64,000 bases of DNA from Bryobacterales bacterium (GTDB lineage: Bacteria > Acidobacteriota > Terriglobia > Bryobacterales > UBA6623), in NCBI GenBank assembly GCA_965206025.1, contig CBDBIU010000002.1, positions 37,201 to 101,200 of the forward strand. The letters are read 5' to 3'. Below are positions 8,334 to 17,652 of this stretch, one piece after another (positions within the stretch are counted from its first letter, which is position 1; each line of letters begins with the position of its first letter). Made by a program: the position numbers and the translations under genes. A model generated the notes under the pieces. That model was not told where the DNA came from. It worked only from the letters and a program-made list of their open reading frames with translations, and did not search any database.

Positions 8334-10721
8334 TCACGACTTCACCCGCAGGAACAAGTAGGCGCCGCTGAGGCCGAAGATCAGACCCGGCGCCCAAGCG
8401 GCGATCAGAGGCGAGAGCTGATTGGCGCGCCCCAGCTGCTCAAAGAAAGCGTTGATGGCGTAGTAAGCCACCGTCAGGCCGATGCTCAAGGCGACCCCGG
8501 TCAGCGCTCCCCGATGGCCGGCCACGAGGGAAAACGGAACGGCTAAAACGGTCATGCCGAGAACAAAGAGCGGGAAAGCGAGTTTCTTGTGCCATTTGAC
8601 TTGCAGGCGCACGGTATCGAATCCGCTCTGGGTGAGGTCGGTGATGTAGGAGCGCAACTCCGTCCAGTTCATTTGCTCGTGCTGGCGTTCTTCCTTCAGG
8701 AAGTAGCCGGGCTCTTCTTCGAGGTCGGGGAAAGCTCTGGACTGAAACTGTTCGAAGTCGAGCACGCGGCTGCCGGCGATTTGGCGCACCCAGCCGTTCT
8801 CAAAGACCCAGGCGCTTTGTTGCTCGTCCCAGCGGGCCCTTTCGGCGGAGATGTGTCGCCTCAACAGAAACCGCTCAGGTTCGAAGTCGAAAACGCTGAC
8901 GCCGGCCAACTGTTTGTTGGCGGAGTCGAAGAACCGGTGGTAGAAGATTCGATCGCCCGCTCCGGCGGTCCACTGCCGGTCGGGACGCAGAAACGTGCGC
9001 ACCGGGCGTCCTTTGATCTCGTCCCGAATGGCATCTTGTTTGCGGTTCGTCTCCGGAAGATAGTAATAGTCGAGCGCGAACAACATGCCGCTGACGAAGA
9101 CGGCCGCGACCAGAATCGGAGTGGCTAGCCGGTACAGGCTCACTCCACAGGCTTTGAAGGCCATCAACTCCTGGTGCTTGGCCAGGATGCCGAAGCAAAC
9201 CAGCGTCGCTACCAGCATGCCCAGAGGCACGGTCTCATAGACGAGAAACGGCGTCAGGTAATAGATGTAGGGAATAAACAGACCCATTTTCTCGTGGGCC
9301 AGCATGTCGGTCAGCAGCTCAAAGAAGCTGAAGACGAACCAGATCATGACAAAGGCAGCGACGAGGATCGCAAAGTAGAACAGGAAAGTGCGAAGAACAT
9401 ATCGGTCAACGATCAGGAAGAACGGCACCCCTCTGGCGTTAGAGCCGTTCGAGCCCAGGCGCAGCCGGCGCCGCTGCTCCCTGACGGCGGAAGCACGGCC
9501 GGCTTCCGCGGATTCGGAAGCGCCGTTGTTGTTGGGTCGCAAACGCTCGAACAGCCGCCTTAACCGGCCGGAGAGCGCTGCCGTGATATCCCGGCGATTC
9601 GGAGCGTCTAGCTGCAGCAGCATGAAGGCGCCGACCAAACCAAAGGCCAGGTTCGCCATCCAGACGGCGGGGCCCACCGGCAGCCGGCCCTCTAAGGCCA
9701 GCGCGAAGCCGGCCAGAAGAATCATGTAGTAGATGAAGACAAGCACGAGGCTTAAAACAACTCCCACGGACTTGCCGGATCGCTGGGACGAAATAGCCAG
9801 CGGGATGCCGACCATCGGCAGAACCAGACAGGCGATGGGCAGCGCGAAACGCTGGTGCAGCTCGATGCTCGCCCTGAGTCGATCCTCTCCGCCCCGCACT
9901 CCAGCAGCCAATACGAATGTAGGGGTCTCGTCAAAGGGACGCCGGGAAGGGGAAAAACTGCTCGGCTGCGTTTCAAGCACCTGGTCGCTCTTAAGGAACT
10001 CGAAACTCTGGTATTGCAGCGGGTCGTAAGACTGCTCATAGGTATAAGCGTGGGGCAGATGAAGCTGAAGCCGATCCTGCTCGGGTCTGGGCAGCGCCAG
10101 CGCGTCCTCGGCGACCGTGATGCGGGGTCCGTCCACGGCGGCGTTGACGCCGGCGAATGAACCGCGCGCCGTGGGGTCCCGCATATCGGCCAAGAAAACT
10201 CCCTTCCAGCGGACAACCGGTCCGGCGATGACGTCGCGAACATAGAGTACGGTGTCGGGAAAACTCTCGATGAAGACGCGGGGTTGAATCTCCGCCGTGG
10301 CCTGGGAGATCTTCATCGATTCGGCGATGCGGCGAAACTTCTGTAGAGCGAGCGGATTCAGATACAACGTCGTCGCGGCGCACAAGATCGTCCCGGCAAG
10401 GGCCACCAGGCCGATCGGTCGTACGCACCGCCGCCCGGCAATGCCGGCCGCCCGCATGGCCGTAATTTCGCCGTCCGTCGACAAACGCCCCAAGCCGACC
10501 AGCACCCCCACCAGCACGCCGATCGGAATCGTGAATCGAAGCGTGTGAGGAACCGACAACGAAAATAGCAAAAGAACCTGACTGCCCGAGGCGCCCGGGC
10601 GAATCAGAAGTTCCATCAACTGGCCGACGGAACGCAAGAAGAGGACGAACGTGAACAGAAGCGTCCCGATCAGCGAACTGACAACGATTTCACGAACGAT
10701 GTAGCGGAAAAGTATGCCCAC
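8334..10721 (-). CDS. lptF/lptG: Fused LptF-LptG LPS export ABC transporter permease
   Basis: 795 aa with two YjgP/YjgQ repeats, beginning ILFRYIVREI (RLSTDGEITAMRAAG) and IVDRYVLR (ELMAFKACGVS). Confidence 0.92.
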   Translation of the reverse strand: MGILFRYIVREIVVSSLIGTLLFTFVLFLRSVGQLMELLIRPGASGSQVLLLFSLSVPHTLRFTIPIGVLVGVLVGLGRLSTDGEITAMRAAGIAGRRCVRPIGLVALAGTILCAATTLYLNPLALQKFRRIAESMKISQATAEIQPRVFIESFPDTVLYVRDVIAGPVVRWKGVFLADMRDPTARGSFAGVNAAVDGPRITVAEDALALPRPEQDRLQLHLPHAYTYEQSYDPLQYQSFEFLKSDQVLETQPSSFSPSRRPFDETPTFVLAAGVRGGEDRLRASIELHQRFALPIACLVLPMVGIPLAISSQRSGKSVGVVLSLVLVFIYYMILLAGFALALEGRLPVGPAVWMANLAFGLVGAFMLLQLDAPNRRDITAALSGRLRRLFERLRPNNNGASESAEAGRASAVREQRRRLRLGSNGSNARGVPFFLIVDRYVLRTFLFYFAILVAAFVMIWFVFSFFELLTDMLAHEKMGLFIPYIYYLTPFLVYETVPLGMLVATLVCFGILAKHQELMAFKACGVSLYRLATPILVAAVFVSGMLFALDYYYLPETNRKQDAIRDEIKGRPVRTFLRPDRQWTAGAGDRIFYHRFFDSANKQLAGVSVFDFEPERFLLRRHISAERARWDEQQSAWVFENGWVRQIAGSRVLDFEQFQSRAFPDLEEEPGYFLKEERQHEQMNWTELRSYITDLTQSGFDTVRLQVKWHKKLAFPLFVLGMTVLAVPFSLVAGHRGALTGVALSIGLTVAYYAINAFFEQLGRANQLSPLIAAWAPGLIFGLSGAYLFLRVKS

Positions 10722-11239
10722 CGAAAGTCGGGCCTCAAAAGCGGGGTAGATCCGGCTAAGAAGAAATTGTATCGCACCGGGCAGTTAGCCGGAAGGTGCA
10801 GGTTGCCGCCGCCGGCTCGTGAATAGGGAACGGACGGTTTTTGACCAGTTCCCCAAGAAGGGTGCGGGCCCCATCCCGCGGTGACGAAAAACTCCGCGAG
10901 ATAGAGCTGAGCGGCAACAGGAAAAGCTAAACCGTGATAAGTTAATAGGTTCAGTTTACAACTCCCCTCGTGCGGCTGAGGTCTCCGTTTTCCCTGGTGT
11001 ATTCGAATGGGAGGCCCCAGCGAAGGGGGGAAAGGTCCGAAACTTGACGGACGGCGGCAGGCGACTCCGCGATTGAAAACGATGTAACAGATGGACAAAG
11101 CCGCAGGCTACCGACAAGCCCCTGGGAAAAGCTGTCGGGGCTGCCGACCGTCGCGACAGGCTGCCCCGGGGCGCTTCCGAGCTGACGTTTCGTCGACCAA
11201 AGGGCGCGTTTAGGATTGCCTTCGGGCTGCGAGCGAGAT

Positions 11240-11908
11240 ATGGCTGACGTATTGATCCTAGGTCACCGCGGCGCTGCCCAAGTGCCGGAGAACACGATCC
11301 CCAGTTTCGAAAAAGCCTTCGAGTTGGGCGCCGACGGTTTCGAGCTGGACGTCAGGAAAACCGCGGACGGCCAACTCATAGTCGTTCATGGATCCGTGGT
11401 CGGCGGGCGAGCGGTTCAATCAAGCACCTACGAGCAGTTGCGGAAGTTGCCGCGCGGATTCGAGGTTCCGCTGCTGAAGGATGTCCTCGAGAAGTTCGAC
11501 CGGCAGGCCCACCTTTACATCGACCTGAAGACTCCCGGTTTTGAGCAGGAGGCTGTGGATCTGATCCGCGAATCGGGCAACCCGGCAAAGACTCTCGTCT
11601 TGGCTTTCCAGCCGCAGACGCTGACCAAGGTGCATGAAATTTTGCCCGATCTGGCGCTGGGTTTCATCTATAACCGCACCCAAGACGAGGAACTGCGGCA
11701 CAATTGCCCGATCGATGTTTTGATTCCCCAATTCAAGCTGGCGTCGCGCGAACTGATCGAGGAAGTGCACTCGGAGGGTTTGACGGTAGTCCCCTTTACG
11801 GTGAACGAGGTTTCGGAGATCAAAAGGCTGCTCCAGCTTGGCGTCGATGGCTTCATCACCGACCACCCGGAAAAAGTGGCCAAGGTGATAGGTAGACAAA
11901 CTTCGTGA
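11240..11908 (+). CDS. Glycerophosphodiester phosphodiesterase
   Basis: GHRGA, PENTIPSF, ELDVRKTADG and GVDGFITDHP motifs. Confidence 0.93.
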   Translation: MADVLILGHRGAAQVPENTIPSFEKAFELGADGFELDVRKTADGQLIVVHGSVVGGRAVQSSTYEQLRKLPRGFEVPLLKDVLEKFDRQAHLYIDLKTPGFEQEAVDLIRESGNPAKTLVLAFQPQTLTKVHEILPDLALGFIYNRTQDEELRHNCPIDVLIPQFKLASRELIEEVHSEGLTVVPFTVNEVSEIKRLLQLGVDGFITDHPEKVAKVIGRQTS

Positions 11909-11930
11909 CGGAACTGTAGAACGAGGAAGC

Positions 11931-12266
11931 CTAATTTCTCGCCCGCACGTTGTTGACGACCTTCTTTACCCCTTTCACCTTCCTGACAACCTTCTCGACG
12001 CGCCGGCGCAGCTTCTCGTTTTCCACCTCTCCGCCGACGGTCACGACCGCATCCTTCACGGAAACCTCCAAAGCGTTTGTCTTGAGTTGCCGATCATTGA
12101 CCAGCTTGCGAATGACGCGGTCATACATCAGGTCGTCGGGGGACTCGTCCTGTGCGGGAACGGGAGCAACGATGCACGCAAGGAAAAGGATTAGCGAGAA
12201 AACGCACAGGGCGCGGCCCCGAGACGTGGTGAGGCGAGAGGCCGTCCGGTGGTTCGTTGGCTCCAT
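11931..12266 (-). CDS. BON-domain secreted protein
   Basis: Signal peptide followed by LEVSVKDAVVTVGGEV...VKGVKKVVNNV. Confidence 0.85.
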   Translation of the reverse strand: MEPTNHRTASRLTTSRGRALCVFSLILFLACIVAPVPAQDESPDDLMYDRVIRKLVNDRQLKTNALEVSVKDAVVTVGGEVENEKLRRRVEKVVRKVKGVKKVVNNVRARN

Positions 12267-12283
12267 CGGCTGTCGTCGGTGAA

Positions 12284-12475
12284 CTAGGCCGCATTTCTCA
12301 CCACGGCGGCCGTGGTGAGGCCGAAAGGCCCAGCGGCCACGCATCGTGGCAACGATTTATGCACATCACCCAGCGTACAGTATGCCGGCAAGCGGCGATG
12401 AATCGCGCCCCTACATCCCTGACGGCGGGCATGCGCTTTTGTTCCTACCGGCTCCTGGTGAGAAATGCGGCCCAG
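12284..12475. mobile_element. MITE family A (CTAG-flanked) containing a GTAG-type REP hairpin
   Basis: CTAG-GCCGCATTTCTCACCA ... TGGTGAGAAATGCGGC-CCAG; internal GCGATGAATCGCGCCCCTAC. Confidence 0.75.
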
Positions 12476-12504
12476 GCCGTGCGGGCTCGGCATCCATCGC
12501 TTTC

Positions 12505-13440
12505 CTAGAGTGCCGTCGTGTCAGCGGCGTCTTGATCTCCCGGCCCGGAGCGGCCCAGCAGACGCCGAAAGTCAGTTTGGCTGACAAAATGAGTTTCATC
12601 CCGCCACTTGCCGCGGACCTTGACGAACATCTCCAGGAATACTTTGCGGCCGAAACGGGCTTCCAATTCCCGGCGCGCGGAAGTGGCCATCCGCTTGAGC
12701 TTCCCGCCGCCAGAGCCGATCAGGATGCCCTTCTGCCCTTCGCGTTCAACATACACCGTGGCGGTAAGCCGCAGCAAGGCCGGCGACTCTTCCCAAGAGT
12801 CGACCAGCACAGCCACAGAGTGAGGCACCTCCTGGCTCGTCGCCAGGATCATTTGCTCCCGAATCAACTCCGCGGCGAGAAACCTTTCCGGCTGATCGGT
12901 GATGAAATCTTCGGGGTAGTAGGGATGAGCCTCGGGCAGCCGGTCAAACAGGAGCCGGACCAGCAAGTCAAGATTGTCCTTTTTCCTTGCGGAAAGCGGC
13001 ACAAACTCTTCGAACTCGTGTAGCCGCCGGTAACGATCGATCTCCGGAAGCAGGGGCCGTTTGGAGGGCAGCAAATCAATCTTGTTGAGCAGCAGATAGG
13101 CCGGGATTTTCATCTTGCGAACTCGATCGACCGCGGACTGATCGTCGGTGCGGAAAGGTGCCGCTCCATCGACGACCAGCAGGACGAGGTGGCAGCCCGA
13201 CGTGGCGCGCCGAACCTCGCGCATCATGCGCCGCCCGAGCGCTTGCCGAGGCTCATGAATACCGGGGCTGTCGACGAAAACGATCTGTCCCTCAGGGCGA
13301 GTCAGCACGCCTTGGATCGCGTCGCGCGTAGTCTGCGGGCGGTTGGTGACGATGGAGACCTTAGAGCCGACAAGTGCATTCAACAGAGTCGACTTGCCGA
13401 CGTTCGGGCGTCCGAGAATGGCTACAAATCCGGACTTCAC
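12505..13440 (-). CDS. era: GTPase Era
   Basis: GRPNVGKSTL, QTTR, DSPG and NKID motifs plus a KH domain. Confidence 0.97.
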   Translation of the reverse strand: MKSGFVAILGRPNVGKSTLLNALVGSKVSIVTNRPQTTRDAIQGVLTRPEGQIVFVDSPGIHEPRQALGRRMMREVRRATSGCHLVLLVVDGAAPFRTDDQSAVDRVRKMKIPAYLLLNKIDLLPSKRPLLPEIDRYRRLHEFEEFVPLSARKKDNLDLLVRLLFDRLPEAHPYYPEDFITDQPERFLAAELIREQMILATSQEVPHSVAVLVDSWEESPALLRLTATVYVEREGQKGILIGSGGGKLKRMATSARRELEARFGRKVFLEMFVKVRGKWRDETHFVSQTDFRRLLGRSGPGDQDAADTTAL

Positions 13441-14753
13441 TGCTCACCTTCGCCCTGCTCGGACTCGCCGGTGGATTCGGCGGCTGTCGCAGCCGGCTCG
13501 GCCTCGGAGGGAAGACGGCGGACCTGGGCGCTCGAAACGCGCCGCTCGTCCGCGGCCAGGACCTCGATCAAGATAGCGTCCAGCGTCACCCGGGTTCCGG
13601 GGACGGGAACGCGCCCCAACTGCTCGCACACCAAGCCGCCCAAAGTCGTCGACTCGAACTCCTCGTCCGGGCGATAGCCGACCAACTCTTCGAGGCGGTC
13701 TACATCCAAGTTCCCAGAAACGACGAACGAATGATCGGCTTGCTCCACCACATCAGACGCAGGTTCCGACTCGTCTCGAATTTCACCCACAATCTCTTCC
13801 ATTAAATCTTCCATCGTGACGAGACCGGCCGTCTGTCCATATTCGTCGACGACAATGGAGAGCTGGGTGTTGCTGTCTTGCATCTCCCGCAGCAGTTCGT
13901 TGATCGGCTTCGTTTCCGGCACCAGACCGATCGGTCGCATCAGATCGCGCACCTTCATGCTCTGGCGTTCGTCTTCTTCGAGATCCAGTGTGTCGCGCGT
14001 ATGCACGAACCCGTCAATCCGATCGATCGACCCGTCATAGACCGGCACCCGAGAATACTCTTCGTCGATCAATAGCTGCCGCAATTCTTCCACCGACTTG
14101 CCGGCCTTGATGGCCACAATATTGGGGCGCGGCGTCATCACCTCGCGGACGGTCTTGTCCCCAAACTCGACGACCGACTGAATCAACTTGCGGTCCTCGC
14201 GTCCGATCAGACCTTCCTCTTCACCGGCATCGAGGAGAACCTCGATATCGTCCGATGGGGTCGAGGAGCGTTCTTCCGCGGGCTCATCGGTACCGAGATC
14301 CGCCACCGACGAGGCAAACCGGCTTAGCAGCACGAACGGTTGAACCGCCCACGCCATGACGCGCGCGAGCGCAAGCAGACGGAGCAGCCATTCCCCCCTC
14401 GTGCGGCGCGCCAACACCAACGGCGCCATCTGGGAGAAAACCACCAGCGCGGTGAGGGAGAGAATCAGCGCCTCGACGGCAGCCAAATAGAGGTCCTGGT
14501 CACGCAAAGCCAGCAAGACGATGTCCATCGACAGCAGCACCAGAGCGAGCTGGCGCACCAGCGAGTAGCGCGTCGCGGCCTCGGAGGCGTCAAACCCAAG
14601 GCGGGGCTGAAGTTCCTGTTCGAAAAACTTCAGTGAGCGAATCGTCTCCCTCGGGCGCAGACGCAGCGACTCCACGTAGAGAAGGTGCAGGTAGGAGGCG
14701 AGGAACACTACCAAGCACAGAAAGGGAGCCGCCATGTATCCCGCGATGATCAC
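13437..14753 (-). CDS. Hemolysin/CNNM family protein (TM + CBS pair + CorC domain)
   Basis: VREVMTPR, YSRVPVY, VVDEYGQTAGLVTMEDLMEEIVGEI. Confidence 0.92.
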   Translation of the reverse strand: MIIAGYMAAPFLCLVVFLASYLHLLYVESLRLRPRETIRSLKFFEQELQPRLGFDASEAATRYSLVRQLALVLLSMDIVLLALRDQDLYLAAVEALILSLTALVVFSQMAPLVLARRTRGEWLLRLLALARVMAWAVQPFVLLSRFASSVADLGTDEPAEERSSTPSDDIEVLLDAGEEEGLIGREDRKLIQSVVEFGDKTVREVMTPRPNIVAIKAGKSVEELRQLLIDEEYSRVPVYDGSIDRIDGFVHTRDTLDLEEDERQSMKVRDLMRPIGLVPETKPINELLREMQDSNTQLSIVVDEYGQTAGLVTMEDLMEEIVGEIRDESEPASDVVEQADHSFVVSGNLDVDRLEELVGYRPDEEFESTTLGGLVCEQLGRVPVPGTRVTLDAILIEVLAADERRVSSAQVRRLPSEAEPAATAAESTGESEQGEGEQ

Positions 14754-15205
14754 GCCGAGACCCTCTCGATGACGCCCGGCTCAAGGCCATACTTCTTGCG
14801 CCATCGGCGCTCGGCCTTGCGCATTCTCCCGTTGTCGGACTCGTGGTCGTAGCCAAGCAAATGCAACAACCCGTGGAGGACCAAAACCTTGATCTCCTCT
14901 TCGAGGCCGTGGCCGTACCGATCGGCCTGCTGCTCGGCCCGGCCGGCCGAGATCAAAATATCGCCCAAACGGCCCTGCTCCCCGTCGGGAAAGGAGAGGA
15001 CGTCGGTGGACGAGGATTCGCCACGAAACCGGCGGTTCGCCCGCCGCAGCGAGGCGTCGGAGGAGATCACGACGGCGAACTCCCGGCCGCCGGCAAGTTC
15101 TCGCCCGACGCGTCCGACAAACTCTCGAAGCTCACGCTCGTTGAAACAGACTTTCCTTTGCCGGTTGTAGTACCACGCCGGGTCGTCGTTTGGGGAGGAC
15201 GTCAT
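14750..15205 (-). CDS. ybeY: rRNA maturation RNase YbeY
   Basis: TDVLSFP and HGLLHLLGYDHE motifs. Confidence 0.95.
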   Translation of the reverse strand: MTSSPNDDPAWYYNRQRKVCFNERELREFVGRVGRELAGGREFAVVISSDASLRRANRRFRGESSSTDVLSFPDGEQGRLGDILISAGRAEQQADRYGHGLEEEIKVLVLHGLLHLLGYDHESDNGRMRKAERRWRKKYGLEPGVIERVSA

Positions 15206-15206
15206 T

Positions 15207-16250
15207 CTACTCGGGCGCGGATGAAGCTTGGAGGCCGGTTTCGACTTCCCCGGAATCTTGCTCTCTGGAATCGTTCGGCGGACGGACAGTATCTTCTCCC
15301 AGTCTGCCTCGGTCGTACTTTTCATAGGCTCGAACGATACGCTGCACGAGCTCGTGGCGAACGACATCGGTCTCGTCGAAATAGATGAAAGTGATGCCCT
15401 CGACGGAGCTAAGCACATCGACCGCCTCAAGAAGTCCGCTGCGCTTACCGGTCGGGAGATCAATCTGCGTGATGTCGCCGGTGATTACCGCCTTCGACCC
15501 CGACCCTAGCCGGGTGATAAACATCTTCATTTGCTCGGCCGTCGCGTTTTGACCCTCGTCCAAGATGATGAAGCTTTCGTTCAGCGACCGGCCCCGCATG
15601 AATGCCAGGGGCGCGATTTCAATGGTTCCTTTTTCGAGCAACCTCTCGACGCGATCGTAGTCCAGCATGTCATAGAGAGCATCGTAGAGAGGTCGCAGAT
15701 AGGGATCGATCTTTTGCTGCAGCGTTCCCGGCAGAAAGCCCAGCCTTTCACCCGCCTCGACCGCCGGTCGGGTAAGGATGATCCGGCGTGCATTCTTGTT
15801 CAGTAACTCCGAAACCGCCATGGCCACGGCGAGATACGTCTTCCCGGTACCGGCCGGCCCGATACCAAAGGCCATGTCGCAGCGCTCGATGGCCTCAAGA
15901 TAGCGCATCTGGTTGAGGCTGCGAGGAGCGATCGACCGCCGGCCGAAGGTGCGCTGTCGGCTGCTCAACACCAAGTTCCGGAGAGTCAGATTCGGGTCTT
16001 CCGCAACAACTTTGAGGAAGCTCTTGACGTCGCCGTTGGTGAAGCGGTGCCCTTCCCGAAGCAGGAATTCGTAGTCGGAAAGTATGTGCTCGGCGCGGCG
16101 GACAGGCTCGGGATCCCCCTCGATCTCGATGCTGTCATCGAGCAGGTGAGTGCTGACGCCGAGGGCCCGTTCGAGCAAACGGATGTTCTCGTCGCGGGTC
16201 CCGAAAAGCGACTCGATGCCTTGCGTGATACTGACGCGCGTCTTGCTCAA
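15207..16250 (-). CDS. phoH: PhoH family ATPase (YbeZ-like)
   Basis: GPAGTGKTYLA, LTRPAVEAGERLGFLPG, APLAFMRGR; AGGAGGAG SD before TTG. Confidence 0.96.
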   Translation of the reverse strand: MSKTRVSITQGIESLFGTRDENIRLLERALGVSTHLLDDSIEIEGDPEPVRRAEHILSDYEFLLREGHRFTNGDVKSFLKVVAEDPNLTLRNLVLSSRQRTFGRRSIAPRSLNQMRYLEAIERCDMAFGIGPAGTGKTYLAVAMAVSELLNKNARRIILTRPAVEAGERLGFLPGTLQQKIDPYLRPLYDALYDMLDYDRVERLLEKGTIEIAPLAFMRGRSLNESFIILDEGQNATAEQMKMFITRLGSGSKAVITGDITQIDLPTGKRSGLLEAVDVLSSVEGITFIYFDETDVVRHELVQRIVRAYEKYDRGRLGEDTVRPPNDSREQDSGEVETGLQASSAPE

Positions 16251-16294
16251 AGCCGGCTGCTACTCCTCCTCAACCGGTCCAACGGGATGGGCGA

Positions 16295-16415
16295 GAAATG
16301 GACGGCTTCCCGAATGCCTGGAGGGAAAGAATCCTGCTTGATAATAGGAACGTCCGTGGTGCTACGGAAAGTGCCCGAGGACGACCTGCTCGCGGGAGGG
16401 ATTCATCCATATTTT
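16295..16415. ncRNA. Candidate structured RNA in the phoH operon leader
   Basis: Nested stems ATGGA/TCCAT, TTCCC/GGGAA, GAATCC/GGATTC, CGTCC/GGACG and GGTGCT/AGTGCC. No family recognised. Confidence 0.4.
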
Positions 16416-16422
16416 CACTTTG

Positions 16423-16452
16423 AATATAGTCCCCGGGGGAACGTTAAGTCAA
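16423..16452 (-). promoter_or_regulatory. Putative sigma70 promoter of the phoH-ybeY-hemolysin-era operon
   Basis: TTGACT-18 bp-TATATT on the minus strand. Confidence 0.55.
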
Positions 16453-16499
16453 TCGGTCGTTTCGACAACTCGCGGGACCCGAACGCGTGGCGTACCATA

Positions 16500-16554
16500 T
16501 ACTGACGGGCTTCTCCCGCACTTCGCCCGCCACGTGGTCAGAAAAGCGCGCTAA
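16500..16554. mobile_element. MITE family A, single-end fragment
   Basis: Matches one end of 25322-25520 and 57328-57527; its terminal CTAA overlaps the stop codon of the neighbouring gene. Confidence 0.7.
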
Positions 16555-17435
16555 CCGATCCCGATGTCGCGCAGATAGTCGCGGTTGCGTTTACCGATGG
16601 GGAAGGGCTTGTCGAAGGGCGTGGGATACATGTCCTGTTCCACAACCGCCCAGCCTTGGTAATCGACTTCCTGCAAGACGTCGCGGAACGCCAGGAAATC
16701 CACCGCCCCTCGGTCGAGTTCGCAAAACACGTCCATTGCGACGGCCGGCGCGAAGGGGATTTTTTCGCGTTCTACCTTGTTCTGAATCTCTGACTCCACG
16801 CTCTTCAGGTGCAGATAGCGGATGCGCTCGTGATGGCGGCGCATAAAGGCGATCGGGTCGCCGCCGCGGTAGGCGTGGTGGCCGGTGTCAAGGCACATGG
16901 AAACTCGGCTGGGGTCGGTCTGCTCCAAAAGCAACTCGATCTGATCTTCGTATTCGACGTGGGTTTCAGCGTGAGGATGATAGACGAGGTTGAGTCCAAA
17001 CCGTTCAATGACGAGATCGGCGATTCTGTGAGTGTTTTCGATGAGCGTCTTCCACCCGTCGTCATCCAGCCGGCTGGGGCGGAGCGGCTTACCGTCAACA
17101 TCGGAATAGGTGTTGTCGATCAAGATGACAAACTCGGCGCCGAGGGTGGTCAGCGAATCGCCCACGCGGGTGGCTTCTTTCTCGATTTCCGGCCAGGCGT
17201 CTCGATCTTCCAAGTGCGGCATCACAAACGTTCCGGAGATGTTGAGTTTCCGGCGCTCGAGTTCCGAGCGGAGTACGGACAGGTCGGTAGGCAAATAGCC
17301 GTAGGGGCCCAGTTCCGTCCACTCGTAGCCGGCTTCGGCGATCTCATCCAGACATCGCTGCCAAGGGATTTGCTTGGGGTCGCTGGGAAACCAAACACCC
17401 CATGAATCCGGCGCGGAACCAACCTTGACGTTCAT
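16551..17435 (-). CDS. Sugar phosphate isomerase/epimerase, IolE (inosose dehydratase)-like TIM barrel
   Basis: GSAPDSWGVWF, ELGPYGYLP, YHPHAETHVE, CLDTGH, YLHLK and VVEQDMYP motifs. Confidence 0.85.
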   Translation of the reverse strand: MNVKVGSAPDSWGVWFPSDPKQIPWQRCLDEIAEAGYEWTELGPYGYLPTDLSVLRSELERRKLNISGTFVMPHLEDRDAWPEIEKEATRVGDSLTTLGAEFVILIDNTYSDVDGKPLRPSRLDDDGWKTLIENTHRIADLVIERFGLNLVYHPHAETHVEYEDQIELLLEQTDPSRVSMCLDTGHHAYRGGDPIAFMRRHHERIRYLHLKSVESEIQNKVEREKIPFAPAVAMDVFCELDRGAVDFLAFRDVLQEVDYQGWAVVEQDMYPTPFDKPFPIGKRNRDYLRDIGIG

Positions 17436-17652
17436 AGTCTCACTGCTCCAAACTTGGATTGCCCTTGGGCGGGTGGTCGTTGACTGACACGAGTGCCCCG
17501 AATATACGCCTATATGCTTTACATATGCAACGTCTTGCTGCCCGAAAATAGAACTCGCCTCCAGCCACGAGAGATTATGGCCGGAAGGAGGCCTATCAAA
17601 TAATGCTGGGAATGATCGCCGCGCGCTGCAAACTCGACCCTGGGAGGCTGAC

